NCBI GenBank assembly: GCA_041577335.1
Contig: JBFGJH010000012.1
Span: 1-64,000, forward strand
Reading direction: 5' to 3'
Length of the DNA: 64,000 nt
DNA from: Acidimicrobiia bacterium
Lineage (GTDB): Bacteria > Actinomycetota > Acidimicrobiia > Spongiisociales > JAENVV01
Part shown: positions 18,828 to 28,700 of the stretch, in pieces
Numbering within the stretch: position 1 is the first letter of the stretch
Layout of the letters: the number at the start of each line of letters is the position of its first letter
The notes under the pieces: generated by a model
What the model was told of the DNA's origin: nothing
The model's input: only the letters and a program-made list of their open reading frames with translations
Databases searched by the model: none
Made by a program: the position numbers and the translations under genes

Positions 18828-19065
18828 GACCGGGCGTTGGATAGAACCTAGATAAGCGGCAGCGCTGCTGTCAATCGAAAAGTGGCAGGGGACACGATCT
18901 ACGCTCACCGAAGCCGCAGAGCTCATTCGGGTGATAGTGTCGCCGCACATCGCTTGGTACACCGAAGTCCGAGCGGGCGCTACGAATGAAGACGGCGCAA
19001 GAGACCCGTCCCCTGCTCGACGGAAAGGCGCCGCTTCATCCTGTGCCGAGGCCGGAGGAGGCCGC

Positions 19066-19818
19066 GTGAGCCAGTCCTTGTACAACCTGACGAGCGCCGA
19101 GGTGGCTGCCTGCTTGGCGCGCGTACCCATCGCGGTCTTGCCGTTTGGCAGCGTTGAACAGCACGGACCTCATCTGCCGAACGGCACCGACACGATCGCG
19201 GCCGAAATGGTTTCCGAGCAGGTGGCCTCGGAACTGGACGCGCTGCTTGTTCCATTCGGTCCGTATGGAGTGACACCGATCCATGCCGGCCATCCGGGGA
19301 CCGTCAGTCTGCGCCGGTCCACGTTCGAGGCCTTGCTGAGCGATGTTTGCGAGGAAATGGTCACGATGGGCGCTGAGCGGTTTGTCTTCGTCAACTGGCA
19401 TGAGGGAAACATCGCGGCGATGGATGCCGTCGCCACCGACATCCAGAAGCTCCACGGCGAGGTGAGGGTTGTCACGGCACACGCCTGTTACGTGGCGCAA
19501 CGACTCTATGCCGACCAGGGCGGCGAGCTGACGCACGGCGGCGGGCTCGAGGCTCTGGCCGTGCTGGCCTACGACCCGGACTTGGTCCATATCGAGCGGG
19601 CCGGCGAGAGCACACGACCCGCCACGGCAGCCGCCATGGACGCCATGCGGCGTAGCCGAGAGGTTTATGGCTACATCACCGACGTGACCGAGATTGACCC
19701 CGATGGCTGGTATGGCGATCCGGGCTGGGCAACGGCTGAGCTCGCCGCTGACTTCGCACCGGCTGTCGCGGCGGAGATCGTGAGCCGGGTCAAGACGATC
19801 TTCGATCTGTGGACATGA
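19066..19818 (+). CDS. Creatininase/amidohydrolase family protein
   Basis: PFGSVEQHGPHLP.GTD, N.H.GN, HGGG.E; GGAGG RBS. Confidence 0.9.
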   Translation: MSQSLYNLTSAEVAACLARVPIAVLPFGSVEQHGPHLPNGTDTIAAEMVSEQVASELDALLVPFGPYGVTPIHAGHPGTVSLRRSTFEALLSDVCEEMVTMGAERFVFVNWHEGNIAAMDAVATDIQKLHGEVRVVTAHACYVAQRLYADQGGELTHGGGLEALAVLAYDPDLVHIERAGESTRPATAAAMDAMRRSREVYGYITDVTEIDPDGWYGDPGWATAELAADFAPAVAAEIVSRVKTIFDLWT

Positions 19819-20189
19819 GCGTCGTGCCCGGCGACCTGCTGGAGTTCAATCAACTTCCCGGCCGGCGTTCTGCCGACCCCATGCAACGTCTTGACACGGC
19901 GTCGAGCGTGCGGATCGTGCGAGCGCAGCGAGTAGAGCAGCGGCTCGCTCATCGCCACCCACACAGCGAGGAAGTGATCTACGTGCTGCGAGGAAGCGGC
20001 ACCGTCTACATCGACGGCGTGTTCCACGATGTCGGGCCAGGTGACATTGTGCACATTCCATTGGGAGCCGCACACGCCACCATTCCCAACGAGGGTGGGG
20101 AGATGGAATTGATCTGTTTCTTCCCGAACCCCAACCTGAGTGAGAACATCGAAGAAACCGATATCGACGTGATGAAAGGTGCCAGATGA
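19815..20189 (+). CDS. Cupin domain protein
   Basis: HRHPHSEEVIYVLRG...GDIVHIP.GAAH. Confidence 0.9.
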   Translation: MSVVPGDLLEFNQLPGRRSADPMQRLDTASSVRIVRAQRVEQRLAHRHPHSEEVIYVLRGSGTVYIDGVFHDVGPGDIVHIPLGAAHATIPNEGGEMELICFFPNPNLSENIEETDIDVMKGAR

Positions 20190-21244
20190 CTGAGAAGGTG
20201 CGACTCGCCCCGATTGGACTGGGCCGCTGGTCGCGGGTCCTGGCCAGAGGGGCTCTTCGAGGCGATGTCATCGAGCTGGCATCGTGCTTCAGTCGTTCGC
20301 AAGAGAAGCGGACAGCATTCCAGGAGGAGTTTGGCGTGCCCAAGTCGGCCGCCACGCTCGATGAGCTGCTGGCTGACGACGACGTCGAAGGTGTGCTGAT
20401 CACCACTCCCAACGACACCCATCGGGATCTCATCGTTGCCTCCCTCGAATCGGGCAAAGCCGTCTACACCGACAAGCCGATTACGCACACTCTCGAGCAA
20501 GCCATCGAAGTGCGCGCCGCAGTCGAGCGGACCGGTGGCGTGCTCGCGGTCGGTCACAGCGCACGGCGGCTGTCGGGCTGCCGGACCATGAAGCGGTGGA
20601 TCGACGACGGATTGCTCGGGGACGTGTCGCTGGTCGAAGCCAATTTCTCAAACGAGCGGGGTCTCGAACTGACGCCCGAGACGTGGCGCTGGTACGCCGA
20701 CAAGAGCCCGGGGGGAACCTTCATCCAACTGGGAGTGCATCATGCCGACAACCTGCAGTATTTGCTTGGCCCTGTTCGGCAGGTGAGCGCCCACGCTCGC
20801 CGGTTGTACACGAAGTCGGAAGTGCCCGATGCGGTGATGGCGGTGCTGGAGTTCGAGTCAGGCGCCCTGGGATACATCGGTTGCGGGTGGGCGTCGCCGG
20901 GGATCTACCAGATGCGTGTGCAAGGCACGACGGCCAACCTCATGTACGACCTCGACTTCACCCATTGGGATGAGTCACATGAAGCTGATCGATGGAGCAC
21001 GCTCGTCTCGCAGGGCTACGGCGACATGACCCGCAAACCGGTTGAGCTGGCTCCCACCGACATGTTCCGCGAGCAGCTGGAGGAGTTCGCATTGGCGATC
21101 CGGGGTGAAGCGCACATCGAGGTTGGGATCGACGAGGCGATTCACGCTCTGGCAATCGTCAGAGCTGCCTTGGAGTCATCTGCTCGCAACGGCCAGGCCG
21201 TAGCAGTGGCCCCGCTCCTCGAAGGCGTTTGGCCTACCCGATGA
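20186..21244 (+). CDS. Gfo/Idh/MocA family oxidoreductase
   Basis: IGLGRW, TPNDTH, GKAVYTDKP, GVHHAD. Confidence 0.9.
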   Translation: MTEKVRLAPIGLGRWSRVLARGALRGDVIELASCFSRSQEKRTAFQEEFGVPKSAATLDELLADDDVEGVLITTPNDTHRDLIVASLESGKAVYTDKPITHTLEQAIEVRAAVERTGGVLAVGHSARRLSGCRTMKRWIDDGLLGDVSLVEANFSNERGLELTPETWRWYADKSPGGTFIQLGVHHADNLQYLLGPVRQVSAHARRLYTKSEVPDAVMAVLEFESGALGYIGCGWASPGIYQMRVQGTTANLMYDLDFTHWDESHEADRWSTLVSQGYGDMTRKPVELAPTDMFREQLEEFALAIRGEAHIEVGIDEAIHALAIVRAALESSARNGQAVAVAPLLEGVWPTR

Positions 21245-22086
21245 CACCGAAGTTCTCCTTCAAGGTGGCTCCGGTCGACGTCTCATGGGAGGTCCTGTCG
21301 TCGTCCTGGCGCGACGCCGACGCGGCCGGGTTCTTCGATGGGGCCTGGCTATTCGATCACTTCTACCCCCCGCGCGGGCCGATCCTGCCGACGTGGGAAT
21401 CGTGGACGATGCTGGCATCGTTGGCGGCCCTCACGACGCGCCTCAGGCTCGGCGTCATGGTCAGCTCAAACACCTTTCGTCATCCGGCGCTGCTTGCACA
21501 CATGGCGGCCACCGTCGATCGAGTGTCGGGCGGTCGGCTCGAAATCGGCCTCGGGGCCGGGTGGCACGAGAAAGAGCACGCTGCGTTCGGCATCGAGCTT
21601 GGCGACGCGGCACAACGGTGGGAGCGTTTCGCTGAGTCGCTCGAGATCATCGACGGGCTGCTGACGCACGACCGCTACAGCTTCGCCGGCCGCCATTTCC
21701 AGCTGACCGATGCCGTTATCGCCACGAAGTGCATTCAGCGGCCGCGTCCTCCGCTCGTGATCGGCGGCATCGGCCCGAAACGAACGATGCCGCTCGTAGC
21801 CCGTTGGGCCGATCATTGGAACTACTTCAATCCGACGGAACCCGCCGCGGCCCTCGTCGAGCATCGCCAGCGTCTTCATGACCTATGCACCGCAATCGGT
21901 CGCGATCCGGGCACGATCGAGGTGTCAGTCCAGATGCGCAATCCAGCGGACCCGCACGAGCTCACCGAGCTTGCCGGCCAGTACCTTGCGGCGGGCGCCG
22001 ATCACATTCTGGTAACTGCGTTCGGTCCCGTCGACCGCGACACGGTCCCAGCGATCGCCGCGGCGCTGGCGCCGCTGCGTGACTAG
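21241..22086 (+). CDS. LLM-class (probably F420-dependent) oxidoreductase
   Basis: WLFDHF, FRHPALLA, SGGRLEIGLGAGW.E.EH. Confidence 0.88.
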   Translation: MTPKFSFKVAPVDVSWEVLSSSWRDADAAGFFDGAWLFDHFYPPRGPILPTWESWTMLASLAALTTRLRLGVMVSSNTFRHPALLAHMAATVDRVSGGRLEIGLGAGWHEKEHAAFGIELGDAAQRWERFAESLEIIDGLLTHDRYSFAGRHFQLTDAVIATKCIQRPRPPLVIGGIGPKRTMPLVARWADHWNYFNPTEPAAALVEHRQRLHDLCTAIGRDPGTIEVSVQMRNPADPHELTELAGQYLAAGADHILVTAFGPVDRDTVPAIAAALAPLRD

Positions 22087-23228
22087 ACCGAGCGCAGCTT
22101 GTCGCTGATCCAGGCGAACGATGCCGGGGCCCACTCCCGGTAATACTTGAAGGCACAGTGGCCCGCGTCCGGGTAGACGCGCGCCTCCCGGCCCGTGACC
22201 GGACCATGCTCCAGCATGTAGTAGATATTGCCGATCGGGGCCAGATGGTCATGCTTCCCGTTGATCATGAGGACCGGCTGGGTGATTTTTTCGAGGATCC
22301 CGAGTTCGGACAGGGCCCATTGGGAGAAGATGGCCTCTTCCTTCTCTCGCGACCACGCCGGGAACGACGGTGGTCCGCCCGGCTCACCGAAAACAAACGT
22401 TGATCGTCTGTTGTGGGCCTCGATGACTGCTTCCATCTCGGCGTCACTCATTTGGTAGCCGAATGGATGGCCGGCGATTGCCACCACCGCCTTGACCATC
22501 TCCGGGTACGTCCCGGCTAGCTGCATCACCGAGTAGCCACCTCGGCTGATGCCGAACGCGGCGATCCGGCCGGCATCGATCTCGGGGCGTTGCGCCAGGT
22601 AGTCGATTGCGGCCATCCAGGCAGTCACGGATGCCGGGTCCCACGGGAACGGATTCTCTCCGGTGCCCGGCCCGTCCATCACGAGCGAGGCCAGACCCTC
22701 GTCGAGCGCCATCTCTCCGGCCCAACCACGATCCTCCTTGAACACGTCGGCGCCACACATGATCAGCACGGCCGGTGCGGGATGGTCGACGGTGGCGTTC
22801 TCAGGCGCCCTGAAGTGGGTCCTGATCGACTGACCTTGGCACTCGACGTCGACGATCTCGAGTGGCGGGTCGAGGTGTTGACATGCCTTGCGATACGCGC
22901 GGGCACAATCGGCGCTGACCTCGGCCTTTCTGGGTGTGATTTCGCCGGGAAACCGAGCAATCGCGTAGTACGTCTTTGCCTGGAGGTACGACGTTCGTGC
23001 CGCCGCGTGATCTCCCGCCTGTTCGTGGCGGTCGCCTTCCGTCTCGTGACGCTGCCCGGCCGCTCGCCAGACCGGAATCCACTTGTCCTCCGTCGTGGCC
23101 TCGAGTTGGCCAACGACTGATTCGAGCTCACCGATGTCGTCGATCATCGAGAACCAGCGGCGATAGAACCCACCGTGCTCCACGACGAAAGGGTCCTCGC
23201 TGGCAGAAAAACCGAGCGCGGTGGTCAC
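22083..23228 (-). CDS. Alpha/beta hydrolase, FrsA / 2,6-dihydroxypseudooxynicotine hydrolase-like
   Basis: G.D..KE, DGPGTGE, nucleophile GISRGG, DHLAP, GHC; GTG start after GGAAGGA. Confidence 0.8.
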   Translation of the reverse strand: MTTALGFSASEDPFVVEHGGFYRRWFSMIDDIGELESVVGQLEATTEDKWIPVWRAAGQRHETEGDRHEQAGDHAAARTSYLQAKTYYAIARFPGEITPRKAEVSADCARAYRKACQHLDPPLEIVDVECQGQSIRTHFRAPENATVDHPAPAVLIMCGADVFKEDRGWAGEMALDEGLASLVMDGPGTGENPFPWDPASVTAWMAAIDYLAQRPEIDAGRIAAFGISRGGYSVMQLAGTYPEMVKAVVAIAGHPFGYQMSDAEMEAVIEAHNRRSTFVFGEPGGPPSFPAWSREKEEAIFSQWALSELGILEKITQPVLMINGKHDHLAPIGNIYYMLEHGPVTGREARVYPDAGHCAFKYYREWAPASFAWISDKLRSV

Positions 23229-23302
23229 CAGATTCCTTCCAGATTGATTGGGGGTGGAGGCTAATCCGGCGAGACTTCCAGTGCTGGATCCACCATATTT
23301 TC

Positions 23303-24286
23303 TCAGAGTCCTATCAACTTCCTGGCGGTCTTCGAGACTATCCACTCGCGTTCTTGCCCGGTGAGGCCGGGAACTGAATCGAGTGTCTTGATGGGGTCGG
23401 GATCGCCCGCCTCGAATGGATAGTCGGTGCCGAGCGCGATGCGCTCAGCGCCGACGAGATCGATGAGGTAGCGGAGCGCCTGTGGGTTGTGGAGGATGGT
23501 GTCGAAGTACAACCGACCGACGACCTCGCGCGGGGGCGTAGTCAGGTCGGTGGCAGCCAATCGTGGCATCGCCTCCCAGCCGCGTTGCATCCGGCCGACC
23601 TGGTATGGTAGGAATCCTCCGCCGTGGACGACGCACACGCGCAACTCCGGGTACTTGTCGAAGAGGCCCGCCATGACGAGTCGGGCGATGGCGATCGTCG
23701 TCTCGGCGGGGCGCCCGATCATGTTGTCGAGGAAATGCCGCTTCAGGTCGATGCCCGCCAGCGGCTCCAAGGGGTGCAGGAGCACCAGGCTCGCTCGCTC
23801 CGCCGCGGCTTCCCAGAATGGGTCCAAATCGGCAGAGACCAGATCGACGCCATCGACCGTGGTGGCGATTTCCACGCCCACCATGCCAAGTTCGTCCGTT
23901 GCATATCGGAGCTCTGCCGCTGCCATTTCAGGGTGCTGAAGCGGAGCCGTCGCCAGAGCAAGGAAACGCCCTGGTGTGCGCCCAGCCTCGGCCGCCAGAG
24001 ATTCGTTGACCCGGCGCGACCAGCGTGCGCCCTTTGACGGGTCCAGTCCGTAGGCAGTCAGGTTGATCCAACTCGACAGGACCTGGAGTTCGATGCCGGC
24101 ACGATCCATCGCAGCCAATCTGGAGTCGAAGTCGACGAGATCATGGCGGATAGCCATCGTCGGCGTGCCACCGGCGATGACCGCCCGGCGGTCGGGCGTC
24201 AGTTCGATGCCGAAGTCGGAGCCGTCGGCAGCCAGCGCGTCGAGCAGCTCCGCGGGTACGGCGTGGGCATGGACGTCGATACTCAT
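23303..24286 (-). CDS. ACMSD-like amidohydrolase/decarboxylase
   Basis: IDVHAH, LHP, HGGGFLPY..GR, GTDYPF. Confidence 0.88.
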   Translation of the reverse strand: MSIDVHAHAVPAELLDALAADGSDFGIELTPDRRAVIAGGTPTMAIRHDLVDFDSRLAAMDRAGIELQVLSSWINLTAYGLDPSKGARWSRRVNESLAAEAGRTPGRFLALATAPLQHPEMAAAELRYATDELGMVGVEIATTVDGVDLVSADLDPFWEAAAERASLVLLHPLEPLAGIDLKRHFLDNMIGRPAETTIAIARLVMAGLFDKYPELRVCVVHGGGFLPYQVGRMQRGWEAMPRLAATDLTTPPREVVGRLYFDTILHNPQALRYLIDLVGAERIALGTDYPFEAGDPDPIKTLDSVPGLTGQEREWIVSKTARKLIGL

Positions 24287-25449
24287 ATGGCTGCCTCCTC
24301 CATCCGTCGAGTCAACCTTTCGTCGGGCTCGAGTATGTAGATGCCGCCCTGTATCCGGTCGGAGATGTAGACCAGATTGTCAGCGCCCACCCAGACATCA
24401 TTGACCTGGATCGCCTGTTGACCCGACGGGCACTCGGGGATGAAGTGCGCCACCTCGGCGGGCGCCGTGGGGTCGGCGAGATCGTAAACCCGAAGTCCGG
24501 CATTGAAGTAGCTCACGAATATCAGTTCCTCGCTGCGGTAACTGTCTGGCCGATTCTCATGTAGGGCGTGTGCTCCGAACCGGAGGCCACGCTCGCAGAA
24601 GTCGCCCTCGGGGGGCGGGCAGATCGCGATCACCCGCGGGTCCTGCTCGTCGGCGATGTCGACCACTCGAACCATGTGGGGGGGTCCTTCGCACCCGTCG
24701 GTGGTTGCCTCGTCGGACACGACTGCGAGCTTGCGGCTGGGCAGCGGAAGGCAGGTGTGGGTGTTGCCGCCTTCGTCCCAATTGAGATGAGAGACGAATG
24801 TCGGGCTGGTCAGATCCGAGATGTCGAGAATCACCATGCCCCCGTCCCAGAAGCCCACATATGCTCGATCGCCGTGGACCATGGCGTGATGTGTGTTCCA
24901 ATTCTCGTCTGGTGGCCACGTCGTGGTCTCACCCCCGCCCCGCCATTGCCCGGGCCACCACCACCGTCCAGCTTCAACCGGTTTGGTGGGCTCGCCAACA
25001 TCGACGATCAGCCAGATTCGCTCATCGAATCCATCAGGTGTGGCGGAGAGGTAGGCGTAGCGTCCGCCCTCGTAGACGATGCGATGTACGCCGCGACCAC
25101 TTGACTCCCAGAACCCAATCCTCGCCGGATTGAACGGATCGGTGAGGTCGTAGATCGCCAGACCCGCCGACCACGGGCGGTCACTGCGAAAACGCTCATG
25201 ATTGGTGAGCAACAGCCCGTCGGCGACCTGTACCTTGTGGGTGTGGCTGTTGCTCGGTGCTTGCCATTGTTTGACCAGGGTCGGGTTGGCGGGATCGGAC
25301 ACATCGAGAATCGACGTGCCCATGCCGGACGGACCAAAGTGACCGACGTACAGGGCATCGCCGGAGCGCATCAACTGCATCCCGTCGCCGTAGCCCCCCA
25401 AGTCGGACTGCGCTATGAGCCGCAGGCCACTCGATTCCTCACCGTGCAT
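24283..25449 (-). CDS. LVIVD-repeat beta-propeller protein
   Basis: Repeated ILDVSDP/IYDLTDP/IVDVGEP/ILDISD/VVDIADE/VYDLADP; conserved HTHK, THT, FGAH. Confidence 0.85.
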   Translation of the reverse strand: MHGEESSGLRLIAQSDLGGYGDGMQLMRSGDALYVGHFGPSGMGTSILDVSDPANPTLVKQWQAPSNSHTHKVQVADGLLLTNHERFRSDRPWSAGLAIYDLTDPFNPARIGFWESSGRGVHRIVYEGGRYAYLSATPDGFDERIWLIVDVGEPTKPVEAGRWWWPGQWRGGGETTTWPPDENWNTHHAMVHGDRAYVGFWDGGMVILDISDLTSPTFVSHLNWDEGGNTHTCLPLPSRKLAVVSDEATTDGCEGPPHMVRVVDIADEQDPRVIAICPPPEGDFCERGLRFGAHALHENRPDSYRSEELIFVSYFNAGLRVYDLADPTAPAEVAHFIPECPSGQQAIQVNDVWVGADNLVYISDRIQGGIYILEPDERLTRRMEEAAI

Positions 25450-25664
25450 GTGTCACACCGCGAAGTTGAGGTTCGACATCGCGGCCCTTTCTTTGGACGT
25501 GAGGATCGGCTGCCGCGCGGCGCTCGGCGACGCAACAGCACCTTGCTGCAGAGACTGCGAGCAATGGTACTCGGGTGTTTGCGACCGCAGCGACGAGACA
25601 CGAGTATGCGCCTATCGCCTTGGCAGATACTGTCTTCGACAACGAAAGGCGAGGGGAGTTGGCC

Positions 25665-26159
25665 GTGGGCACAGAAATCAAGAACGTTGAACAGCTCACT
25701 GAGCCGATAATCCGGCGCAAGTCCCTTGAAGCCAGCACGGACGCCTCGATGATGACGCTCATCGATTTTGGCGAGTACGGACATTTCGCCACCGATGAGC
25801 CAATCGAGCACGGTGGCACCGGCGAGGGCCCTTCGCCTTTGCAGGCGGTGCTTGGAGCGCTGTGTGGCTGCGAGGCCGTCACCTTCCGTCGCACGGCCAC
25901 CGATTTTGATTTCGCGTACGAGCGGATTGAGTTCACGGCTGCTTTCACCATTGACATTCGCGGGCGTCTCGGCAAGCGGGACGTGGCCGCCCACTTTCAA
26001 ACGGTTCGAGTTCAAGCAACCGTCACCACAGACGAAAGCCAGCAGCGCCTGGCCGAGGTCGTCGCAGAGACAGAGGCTCGATGTCCGGTGTTCAATCTCA
26101 TCACCGATGCCGGCGTCAAGACTGAAATGATGTGGGTGCGCAAACCGACTGGGGTCTAG
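25665..26159 (+). CDS. OsmC-like protein
   Basis: DEP...GG...GPSP...LGAL.GC and RCPV. Confidence 0.85.
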   Translation: MGTEIKNVEQLTEPIIRRKSLEASTDASMMTLIDFGEYGHFATDEPIEHGGTGEGPSPLQAVLGALCGCEAVTFRRTATDFDFAYERIEFTAAFTIDIRGRLGKRDVAAHFQTVRVQATVTTDESQQRLAEVVAETEARCPVFNLITDAGVKTEMMWVRKPTGV

Positions 26160-26238
26160 ACATTCGAGCAATGCAGCCGATCGTAACCCCTGTGATGAGA
26201 GATCCTGCCGGGGTATCGGACCGGACTGTTCTAATGGC

Positions 26239-26252
26239 TACAATCGATTGCA
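26239..26252. promoter_or_regulatory. LacI-like operator overlapping TACAAT -10
   Basis: TACAATCGATTGCA upstream of Mo-hydroxylase gene. Confidence 0.6.
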
Positions 26253-26323
26253 GGATCTCCGCGAGCAGCAAACTGCAGCCGTTCGGACAGATTCGGACAC
26301 CGGCCCCGACGGTAGAGGACCGC

Positions 26324-28615
26324 ATGGCACGACAACCCGGATTCGGCGGCGATGTGACGATCCGTACCGGGCCCGACCGTATGCCGCCCGTGGGGCGCCG
26401 CCACGAGGACGAACGGCTGATCACAGGCCGCGGCAGGTTTGTTGCAGATTTGGCACCCGCAGATGCGCTGGCGGCGTGTTTCGTTCGAAGCCCGTTTGCG
26501 AGCGGGACGATCATTGGTGTGGACACCACCGCGGCCGGGGAGCTGGCCGGTGTGGTCGCGGTGTACACGGCGACGGAGCTTGGTATCAGTGACCAGCCAG
26601 CCCCACGGCCCGGCGCCGCGCTTGGCCCGGCGCGCCCGATGCTGGCGCGAGACCGGGTCGCATTTGTTGGAGAGGCGGTCGCAGTGGTGCTTGCCGAGTC
26701 GGCCGCCATCGCCGAGGACGCCGCCAGCCTGGTGTTCCTGGACATCGAGCCCACCGATCCTGTCGTCGCGGTCGAAGACGCCATCCGTGGCGAGACGCTG
26801 GTACATCCCGAGGTCGGCACCAACATCGTCTTTCAGGACCGCACGGTCTCGGGCCCCGAGCTACCGGCGGGCCTCGTCGAGGTGACCGTGGTGGTCGAGC
26901 ATCCACGCCTGGCGCCGTCTCCTATCGAGGCTTTGGCGGTGTTGGCGAAACCGATGGGCGATGGTGTTCATGTCCAAGTTGGAGTGCAGAGCCCTCATCA
27001 GCTCCAGCGCGACTTGGCGTCGCTGCTCGAATTGGCCGTCGATGACGTTCGTGTAGAGGTCCCGGACGTCGGCGGGGCTTTCGGGATGAAGCGCTTCTAC
27101 CCGGAGTACGCGGTGATTGCCAAAGCAGCCCTACGGCTCGGGAGGAGTGTGTTGTGGGCTCAGTCCCGCCGCGACATCTTCTCAGCCGGCTCGCACGGAC
27201 GCGGCCAGCGCCATACGGTGACGTTGTACGCCTCGGCCGATGGCGATATCCACGGGGCGCGGATGCAGCTGCTCACCGACACAGGGGCATACCCGCACCG
27301 GGGCGCGATGATTCCAATGTTCACCCGACTCGTTGCCTCTGGCCTCTACGACATCCCAATGGTCGACTTCGAAATCATTGCGGCTGTGACGAATCTGACT
27401 CCGACAGCGCCATACAGGGGGGCCGGGAGGCCAGAGGCAGCACTCGCCATAGAACGCGCCATTGAGGCGCTGGCTCTCGAGCTGGACATCGACCCCGCCG
27501 ATCTGCGGCGACGGAACTTGATCCAGGATCTGCCGCATCTCACTCCGACCGGAGCTCGGCTGGATTCGGGCGACTACCAAGCGGTTCTCGACCGAGCGCT
27601 GCAACTGGCCGGCTATTACGACTTCCGATCAGAGCAGGAGGCGCGCCGCCGCGGCGGCGGAAGACCGATCGGAATCGGTATCGGCGCTTTCGTCGAGCGG
27701 GCCGGCGGCCAAGCCGATTCGTGGGAATTTGGCGAGGTGGAGATCGGGCACGACGGAAGGATCCTGGCACGCACGGGTTCGACGTCGGCGGGACAAGGCC
27801 ACGAGACCGTGTTACGACGCGTCGTTGCCGAGGTCTTCGATGTTGCCCCGACGCAGGTGGATGTTTACTCCGGTGATACTTCGTCTGTCGCCGATTCGGT
27901 CGGGAGCTTTGCCAGCCGATCGGCTCAGATCGGCGCATCCGCCCTGTGGCGTTGTGCTGAGCGGGTCCGGGTGGCCGCAGCCGATCTCGCTGGCGACATG
28001 CTGGAGGCGTCACCCGTCGATATCGAGATCAGCAATGGGGCGTTTCACGTGGCAGGAGTGCCCGAGCCCCTGGTCGGGCTCGCCGCCGTAGCGGGCTTCG
28101 CAGCCGAGCGGCGAGTCGAGCTCCGATCCGAAGAGCGCTACTCGCCGGGAGCTCAGACCTTCCCATACGGAGTTCACGTGGCAGTCGTCGAGGTGGACAC
28201 GGATACGGGCGTGATTACCCCACTCTCGCTGGTTGCGGTCGATGACGTCGGTACGATCCTTGACGAAATGCTCGTTGCCGGGCAACTGCACGGGTCGGTC
28301 ATGCAGGGCGTAGGTGCGGCCCTCTTCGAACGAATTCAGTACGCAACGGACGGACAACCCCTGGCTGCGACGTTCGTCGACTATCTCCTACCGACCGCGA
28401 TGCAGATGCCTCCGCTGCACACCGCTCACGTCACCCATCCAGCGCCTTCCAACCCGCTTGGAGCCAAAGGGGCCGGCGAAGGGGGCTGCATCGGGATGCC
28501 GCCTGCCATCGTCAACGCGGCATTGGACGCGCTCGCCCATTTGGGGGTCCGCCAGCTGCAGATCCCACTCACTCCCTACCTCGTTTGGGAAGCAATCAAG
28601 GCGGCGACGCGTTGA
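26324..28615 (+). CDS. Xanthine dehydrogenase-family molybdopterin-binding large subunit (CoxL form II-like)
   Basis: ED.RLITGRG.F, VGGAFG.K, PYRGAGRPEA, GQGHET, GSFASRS, KGAGEGG; exact start uncertain (26324/26354/26381). Confidence 0.9.
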   Translation: MARQPGFGGDVTIRTGPDRMPPVGRRHEDERLITGRGRFVADLAPADALAACFVRSPFASGTIIGVDTTAAGELAGVVAVYTATELGISDQPAPRPGAALGPARPMLARDRVAFVGEAVAVVLAESAAIAEDAASLVFLDIEPTDPVVAVEDAIRGETLVHPEVGTNIVFQDRTVSGPELPAGLVEVTVVVEHPRLAPSPIEALAVLAKPMGDGVHVQVGVQSPHQLQRDLASLLELAVDDVRVEVPDVGGAFGMKRFYPEYAVIAKAALRLGRSVLWAQSRRDIFSAGSHGRGQRHTVTLYASADGDIHGARMQLLTDTGAYPHRGAMIPMFTRLVASGLYDIPMVDFEIIAAVTNLTPTAPYRGAGRPEAALAIERAIEALALELDIDPADLRRRNLIQDLPHLTPTGARLDSGDYQAVLDRALQLAGYYDFRSEQEARRRGGGRPIGIGIGAFVERAGGQADSWEFGEVEIGHDGRILARTGSTSAGQGHETVLRRVVAEVFDVAPTQVDVYSGDTSSVADSVGSFASRSAQIGASALWRCAERVRVAAADLAGDMLEASPVDIEISNGAFHVAGVPEPLVGLAAVAGFAAERRVELRSEERYSPGAQTFPYGVHVAVVEVDTDTGVITPLSLVAVDDVGTILDEMLVAGQLHGSVMQGVGAALFERIQYATDGQPLAATFVDYLLPTAMQMPPLHTAHVTHPAPSNPLGAKGAGEGGCIGMPPAIVNAALDALAHLGVRQLQIPLTPYLVWEAIKAATR

Positions 28616-28669
28616 GCCGAAACGGCATCGGCACCACGGCTGTGCGGGCATCTCACGACGCCTTCTTCC

Positions 28670-28683
28670 TACAATCGATTTCA
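28670..28683. promoter_or_regulatory. LacI-like operator overlapping TACAAT -10
   Basis: TACAATCGATTTCA upstream of 28701 gene. Confidence 0.6.
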
Positions 28684-28700
28684 CTGAAGGGAGCGTTGTC

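Noticed and set aside
18880..19065. Riboswitch in the creatininase leader
   Set aside because: No known aptamer consensus recognised by eye; an Rfam scan would be needed
19066..19818. Mycofactocin mftE cluster
   Set aside because: No mftA precursor, mftB, radical-SAM mftC or mftF nearby
26324..28615. Aerobic CO dehydrogenase (form I coxL)
   Set aside because: Lacks AYXCSFR; no coxM/S/D/E/F/G genes
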